Shown piece after piece: positions 15,920 to 19,717 of a DNA stretch of 19,717 bases (the stretch's first letter is position 1; every line of letters begins with the position of its first letter). A model generated the notes under the pieces. The model had not been told where the DNA came from, did not search any database, and saw only the letters and a program-made list of their open reading frames with translations. The translations under genes were made by a program, and so were the position numbers. This stretch comes from Chlamydiia bacterium (GTDB taxonomy: Bacteria; Chlamydiota; Chlamydiia; Chlamydiales; Parachlamydiaceae): positions 1-19,717 of the forward strand of contig JBBSJT010000037.1 of the NCBI GenBank assembly GCA_038257035.1, read 5' to 3'.

Positions 15920-15945
15920 GTTATTAACTCCGGTTAGTTTGCCAA

Positions 15946-16125
15946 TTAGTTTGACTGCGCAATCACTAAACGTCCCGCATAATGTCCACAACCTTGACAA
16001 ATTGTATGTCTAAGTTTTGGTTTAGCACAGTTTGTGCATGCTTCCGCATTTTGCGGTTTTTTAGCATGGTGCGAACGCTTTGTATTTTTTCTTGAATTTG
16101 AAAGTCTGTTACGTGGTACTGCCAT
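15946..16125 (-). CDS. rpmF: 50S ribosomal protein L32 (Zn-ribbon form), absent from the ORF track
   Basis: Hand translation gives MAVPRNRLSNSRKNTKRSHHAKKPQNAEACTNCAKPKLRHTICQGCGHYAGRLVIAQSN* (59 aa), with an AAGGAG RBS and the canonical yceD-rpmF-plsX order. Confidence 0.97.
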   Translation of the reverse strand: MAVPRNRLSNSRKNTKRSHHAKKPQNAEACTNCAKPKLRHTICQGCGHYAGRLVIAQSN

Positions 16126-16149
16126 GATTTAGCTCCTTATCAGTGTATA

Positions 16150-16635
16150 TTATCTTAATTCCAAATTAGAAAAAGGTCGGTAGCCATCATCATCTGAAGG
16201 CTCAATCCCATTATCGTCATTGGAACTTGATTTTTTTAAATATTTGCTCAATTTTTCTCTTTCTGAGCATTGACCATCATTACATTCTGCAAATTGTGGA
16301 GTTTCGAGTATAATCGTTTCTCGCAAAATGTCCTGCATGTCAAAAATTCCGCTTGTTTCGCTTAATGGCACGGCATGGTAGAAATTGTTAATATTCACTT
16401 CTACTTCAACCGGCGCATTGCAAATGGCACAAGCAATTTTAGCTTGTGTTTCTATGTCAAAGTGCAAAATGAGGGAATCGTCAGCTAAATAGGCTGTCCC
16501 TTGCACCTTAACAGGATCGTTAAAAATTAGATCTTTTTCGTTAACGCCAATAAAATCAGGAGGGAAGACTTCGTTAATCTCTTCTTCATGTCCGTCTCGT
16601 AGTTGGTCAACATAAACTTTAAATTCATCATTCAT
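16150..16635 (-). CDS. yceD: YceD/DUF177 family protein
   Basis: Acidic 161-aa protein with CAICNAP, ILRETIILETP and C-terminal RPFSNL, directly upstream of rpmF. Confidence 0.85.
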   Translation of the reverse strand: MNDEFKVYVDQLRDGHEEEINEVFPPDFIGVNEKDLIFNDPVKVQGTAYLADDSLILHFDIETQAKIACAICNAPVEVEVNINNFYHAVPLSETSGIFDMQDILRETIILETPQFAECNDGQCSEREKLSKYLKKSSSNDDNGIEPSDDDGYRPFSNLELR

Positions 16636-16752
16636 AGAGGTAAATTTACCTTAAAGGATCATTTATATCCAGACATTTTTAATAAATTTCACAAACACTG
16701 TGAAACCACCCGGACTTGAAAATAATTTTTTTAAAAAATAAAATCTATTTAC

Positions 16753-16885
16753 TATAGCTTTTTTGATTTTTTTACCAGTGAGTCGTTAAGAAAAGCATGA
16801 GGCCAGTGAGGGCGTTATGAATTCCTATCGCCCTCACTGGCCTCATGTCTTTCTTAACGACTCACTGGTAAAAAATCAGAAACGT
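16753..16885. mobile_element. Palindromic element E5 (CAGTGAG-type arms, essentially no core)
   Basis: TATA-gctttttt-GATTTTTTTACCAGTGAGTCGTTAAGAAA..CATGAGGCCAGTGAGGGCG / CGCCCTCACTGGCCTCATG..TTTCTTAACGACTCACTGGTAAAAAATC, nearly palindromic about GAATTC (16819-16824). Same subtype as E1. Confidence 0.75.
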
Positions 16886-17008
16886 TTGCCATAGAGACGA
16901 ATGGGAGTTTATGAAGTGAACCAGATTTTTCTTTAAAAGATCGGCCGTTTGTCTTATGATTAACCTTTAGCCGACACATTACAAATTACAAATAAAGTTA
17001 AGAGACCA

Positions 17009-18544
17009 ATGAACGAAATTTTGTTAAATATCGAATCCAAAGAGATTCGCTACGCTCACTTAAAAAACGGACAACTTTGCAACCTCGTTGTTGAGCGAAA
17101 AAATGAACGACAGTTGACCGGAAATATTTATAAAGGCCAAGTAACAAACGTTTTAGGTGGCATCCAATCAGCCTTTATTGACATCGATGAAGGGGAAAAT
17201 GGCTTTATTCATATTTCTGATATCATAGAAAATACAAAAAAATATGAACAGATCTATGATATGGATTTTGACTTGGACGCTCAAGCAAAAGTTCCTACAA
17301 AAAAACAACAAAACGTTGCCATCGAACAGATCATGAATATCAATCAACCTGTTCTTGTTCAAGTGGTTAAAGAGCCTATTGGGTCAAAAGGTGCAAGATT
17401 AACATCAAATGTTTCTATTGCCGGGCGCTATCTTGTGTTGCTACCAAATTCTTCCCATCGCGGCGTTTCAAGAAAAATTGAAGATCGTACTGCGAGAGAT
17501 CGTTTAAAAAAATTCATTCGCTCGTTTGAAATGCCACAAGACATGGGTCTTATTTGTAGAACAGCAAGCTGTCAAGCGGCACCTGAATTGCTCATTGATG
17601 AGGCCAATGATCTTTTAAATTCTTGGCATGCGATTATGGAGAATTTCCAAAAAGCTCAAAGACCAACATTGCTTTATGCAGAATCCGATATTATAAAGCG
17701 TGCAGTTATTACAGCTATCGACAAAAAATATGATCGCATATTAACAGATGACTACCCAACCTATCATGCATGCAAACGCCTTTACAGTAGATACGCAAAT
17801 GAGCATTCGTTACGCATTGAATATTATCGCGATAAAGTTCCTATGTTTGAAAGATTTAACGTAGAAAAAGAGATTGAAAAGACTCTTCGAAGAAAAATTT
17901 GGCTTCCAAGCGGCGGTTATCTTTTCTTTGATAGAACCGAAGCTATGCATACAATCGATGTTAACTCCGGACGAAGCCACGGCACTCAAACAGATGTTGA
18001 GGAATCTCTTCTTAGAATTAACTTGGAAGCTGCAGAAGAAATTGCAAGACAATTACGCTTAAGAAACGTTGGGGGCTTGGTCATTTGCGATTTTATCGAT
18101 ATGCGCTTTAGAAAAAATCAAAGACGCTTGCTCGATCGCTTAAAAGATCATATGAAAGAAGATTCTGCAAAATGTACAATTTTGGGAATGAGTGAATTTG
18201 GACTTGTCGAAATGACACGTCAAAGAAACCGTGAATCTTTAATGCAGACCATATGTACAGGTTGTCCTTATTGTAATGGAAGCGGGCTTGTCAAAACTCA
18301 TGAAAGTATTTCCATCGAAATTGAGCGTGCCTTAAAGAAAATCATCGGCCTGCATCAACAATTTGCTTTAAAACTTGTTGTTCACCCGGAACTTGACAAT
18401 TATTTGAAAATCACTGACAAACAATTTTTGAAAAAACTTGTTGAAGAACTTAATGCTCATCTCGATTATGAGACAAGCGATCAGATGCATATTAATGATT
18501 TCCATTTTTATTCAACGATCAACAATAAAAGAATTGAAGTGTAA
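17009..18544 (+). CDS. rng: Ribonuclease E/G family (RNase G/CafA-size)
   Basis: S1 domain GNIYKGQVTNV..QSAFIDI..GFIHISDI, QVVKEPIGSKGARLT, IDVNSG, GGLVICDFIDM, EMTRQR and the CPYCNGSG Zn-link. 511 aa, with no long scaffold tail. Confidence 0.93.
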   Translation: MNEILLNIESKEIRYAHLKNGQLCNLVVERKNERQLTGNIYKGQVTNVLGGIQSAFIDIDEGENGFIHISDIIENTKKYEQIYDMDFDLDAQAKVPTKKQQNVAIEQIMNINQPVLVQVVKEPIGSKGARLTSNVSIAGRYLVLLPNSSHRGVSRKIEDRTARDRLKKFIRSFEMPQDMGLICRTASCQAAPELLIDEANDLLNSWHAIMENFQKAQRPTLLYAESDIIKRAVITAIDKKYDRILTDDYPTYHACKRLYSRYANEHSLRIEYYRDKVPMFERFNVEKEIEKTLRRKIWLPSGGYLFFDRTEAMHTIDVNSGRSHGTQTDVEESLLRINLEAAEEIARQLRLRNVGGLVICDFIDMRFRKNQRRLLDRLKDHMKEDSAKCTILGMSEFGLVEMTRQRNRESLMQTICTGCPYCNGSGLVKTHESISIEIERALKKIIGLHQQFALKLVVHPELDNYLKITDKQFLKKLVEELNAHLDYETSDQMHINDFHFYSTINNKRIEV

Positions 18545-19539
18545 TGCACTATCTTGAAAAAATTAAAAAATTAGAAAGTTTCAACACTACATCCATTGAT
18601 TTAACAGCGACTTTAAGGCGTTTTCATTCAACCTACAAAGAAGCTATTGAATCAAATGGATTGAAAATAGAAGATTTCGAACAAGTTTTTGATCAATTTT
18701 TAAATCTGGTTGAAATTCAATTAAAAAATCCCTACCCATTTGAATCCTTTCATGAGGCACTACGTAAGCCGATCGACTATTATCAATTTGGAATTGATTT
18801 TATCACCCCTCTGATTATTTTAGAGGATTCTAAAGTTTTAAATCTAAATATCGTTGATGAAATTGAACAGCATCTTAAAAATGGTGAAAATGTCATTTTG
18901 CTTGCCAATCATCAAATAGAGCCGGACCCTCAGGCCATCAGCATTCTTCTTGAAAAAACGCACCCAAAATTGGCAGAAGAGATGATTTTTGTGGCAGGGC
19001 ACCGTGTTACTACCGATCCTCTTTCAGTTCCTTTTAGTTTAGGAAGAAATCTTCTTTGCATTTATTCAAAAAAACACATCAGCACACCCCCTGAAAAGAC
19101 TTTGGAAAAGCAGCAGCATAATCAACGCACCATGATGCGGATGAAAGAGCTTTTAACGATAGGTGGAAAATGTATTTATGTTGCCCCAAGCGGTGGCAGA
19201 GATAGATTAAATAGTGAAGGCATCATTGAAGTTGCCAAATTTGATCCGCAAAGCATTGAAATGTTTTCCCTGATGGCAAAACAATCAAAAAAAACAACGC
19301 ACTTTTATCCGCTTGCCTTATCCACCTATAACCTTCTACCCCCGCCTCATAGCATTGAAAAAAATCTTGGGGAAGAAAGGCATGCCAAATGCGCACCTAT
19401 TCACCTTTGTTTTAATCAAGAGATCAATATGGAAAACTTCCCCGGCTCTCATGGCCTTGACAAAAAGGAAAAACGAGAAAAACGTGCCGAATATATCTGG
19501 AACATCGTCCTCAACGACTATCAACAATTCCCATCATAA
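18544..19539 (+). CDS. plsB: Soluble plastid/chlamydial-type glycerol-3-phosphate acyltransferase
   Basis: LLANHQIEPDP (HX4D), VAGHRVTTDPL..PFSLGRNLLCIYSKKH and VAPSGGRDR. TAATG overlap with rng. Confidence 0.9.
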   Translation: MHYLEKIKKLESFNTTSIDLTATLRRFHSTYKEAIESNGLKIEDFEQVFDQFLNLVEIQLKNPYPFESFHEALRKPIDYYQFGIDFITPLIILEDSKVLNLNIVDEIEQHLKNGENVILLANHQIEPDPQAISILLEKTHPKLAEEMIFVAGHRVTTDPLSVPFSLGRNLLCIYSKKHISTPPEKTLEKQQHNQRTMMRMKELLTIGGKCIYVAPSGGRDRLNSEGIIEVAKFDPQSIEMFSLMAKQSKKTTHFYPLALSTYNLLPPPHSIEKNLGEERHAKCAPIHLCFNQEINMENFPGSHGLDKKEKREKRAEYIWNIVLNDYQQFPS

Positions 19540-19597
19540 CTTGTAACACTTTATAGCTTCAATAATATTTATAAATGACATCAAGACCCCTATGAAT

Positions 19598-19717
19598 TAT
19601 CATGTATCTGATTTTTTTCACAGGATATGCACGATCGCTGCGCGGCATGATAAGCAGGATAATATCAACCTCCTGCATTACTTAAGGTTGATATTATCCT
19701 GCTTATCATGCCGCGCA
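19598..19717. repeat. Palindromic element E6 (CAGGAT-type arms), cut at the window end
   Basis: Begins TATC-atgtatct-GATTTTTTTCAC. Perfect 33-bp inverted repeat 19639-19671/19685-19717 around a 13-nt loop. Confidence 0.85.

Noticed and set aside
15920..16000. N-terminal extension of PlsX in the ORF track
   Set aside because: It overlaps rpmF; the TTG at 15919 has an RBS and matches the family N-terminus.
18544..19539. Plant-like GPAT as a novel horizontal transfer
   Set aside because: The chlamydial/plastid GPAT relationship is already known.
489..19546. Remaining short ORFs nested within or antisense to long genes (e.g. 489-737, 3783-3989, 4446-4757, 9668-9868, 13736-14015, 15618-15812, 17168-18062, 19313-19546)
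   Set aside because: They overlap well-supported conserved CDSs and show no recognisable motifs.

Overview
AT-rich housekeeping region, most likely from an environmental member of the Chlamydiota. The basis is gene content and order: glmM-glmS-tyrP, pcnB...lpxB, and plsX-rpmF-yceD divergent from rne/rng plus a plastid-type plsB. The window has 17 likely proteins, including an rpmF missing from the ORF track and a corrected TTG start for plsX. The main interest is non-coding: almost every intergenic gap holds a long inverted repeat. Six of them (about 1 per 3 kb) share a terminal signature, TATA-N8-GATTTTTT(T)...(A)AAAAAATC-N8-TATA, which is degenerate at some ends. Their arms are built from different short repeats (CAGTGAG, CGCGAAGA, CGCAGAGR, CAGGAT). 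Their interiors also differ: two carry a shared, inverted two-hairpin core with a compensatory base pair, one carries a captured frameshifted gene fragment, and two have almost no interior. This looks like a modular MITE/REP-like family, several copies of which lie beside or inside remnants of an older CACAGAG-type repeat. Separately, a near-consensus promoter and a highly structured ~230-nt leader precede two paralogous, probably secreted Gly/His/Tyr-rich small proteins. Two giant hairpins lie in the divergent glmM/pcnB leaders. All pairings were read by eye; no folding or database search was run.
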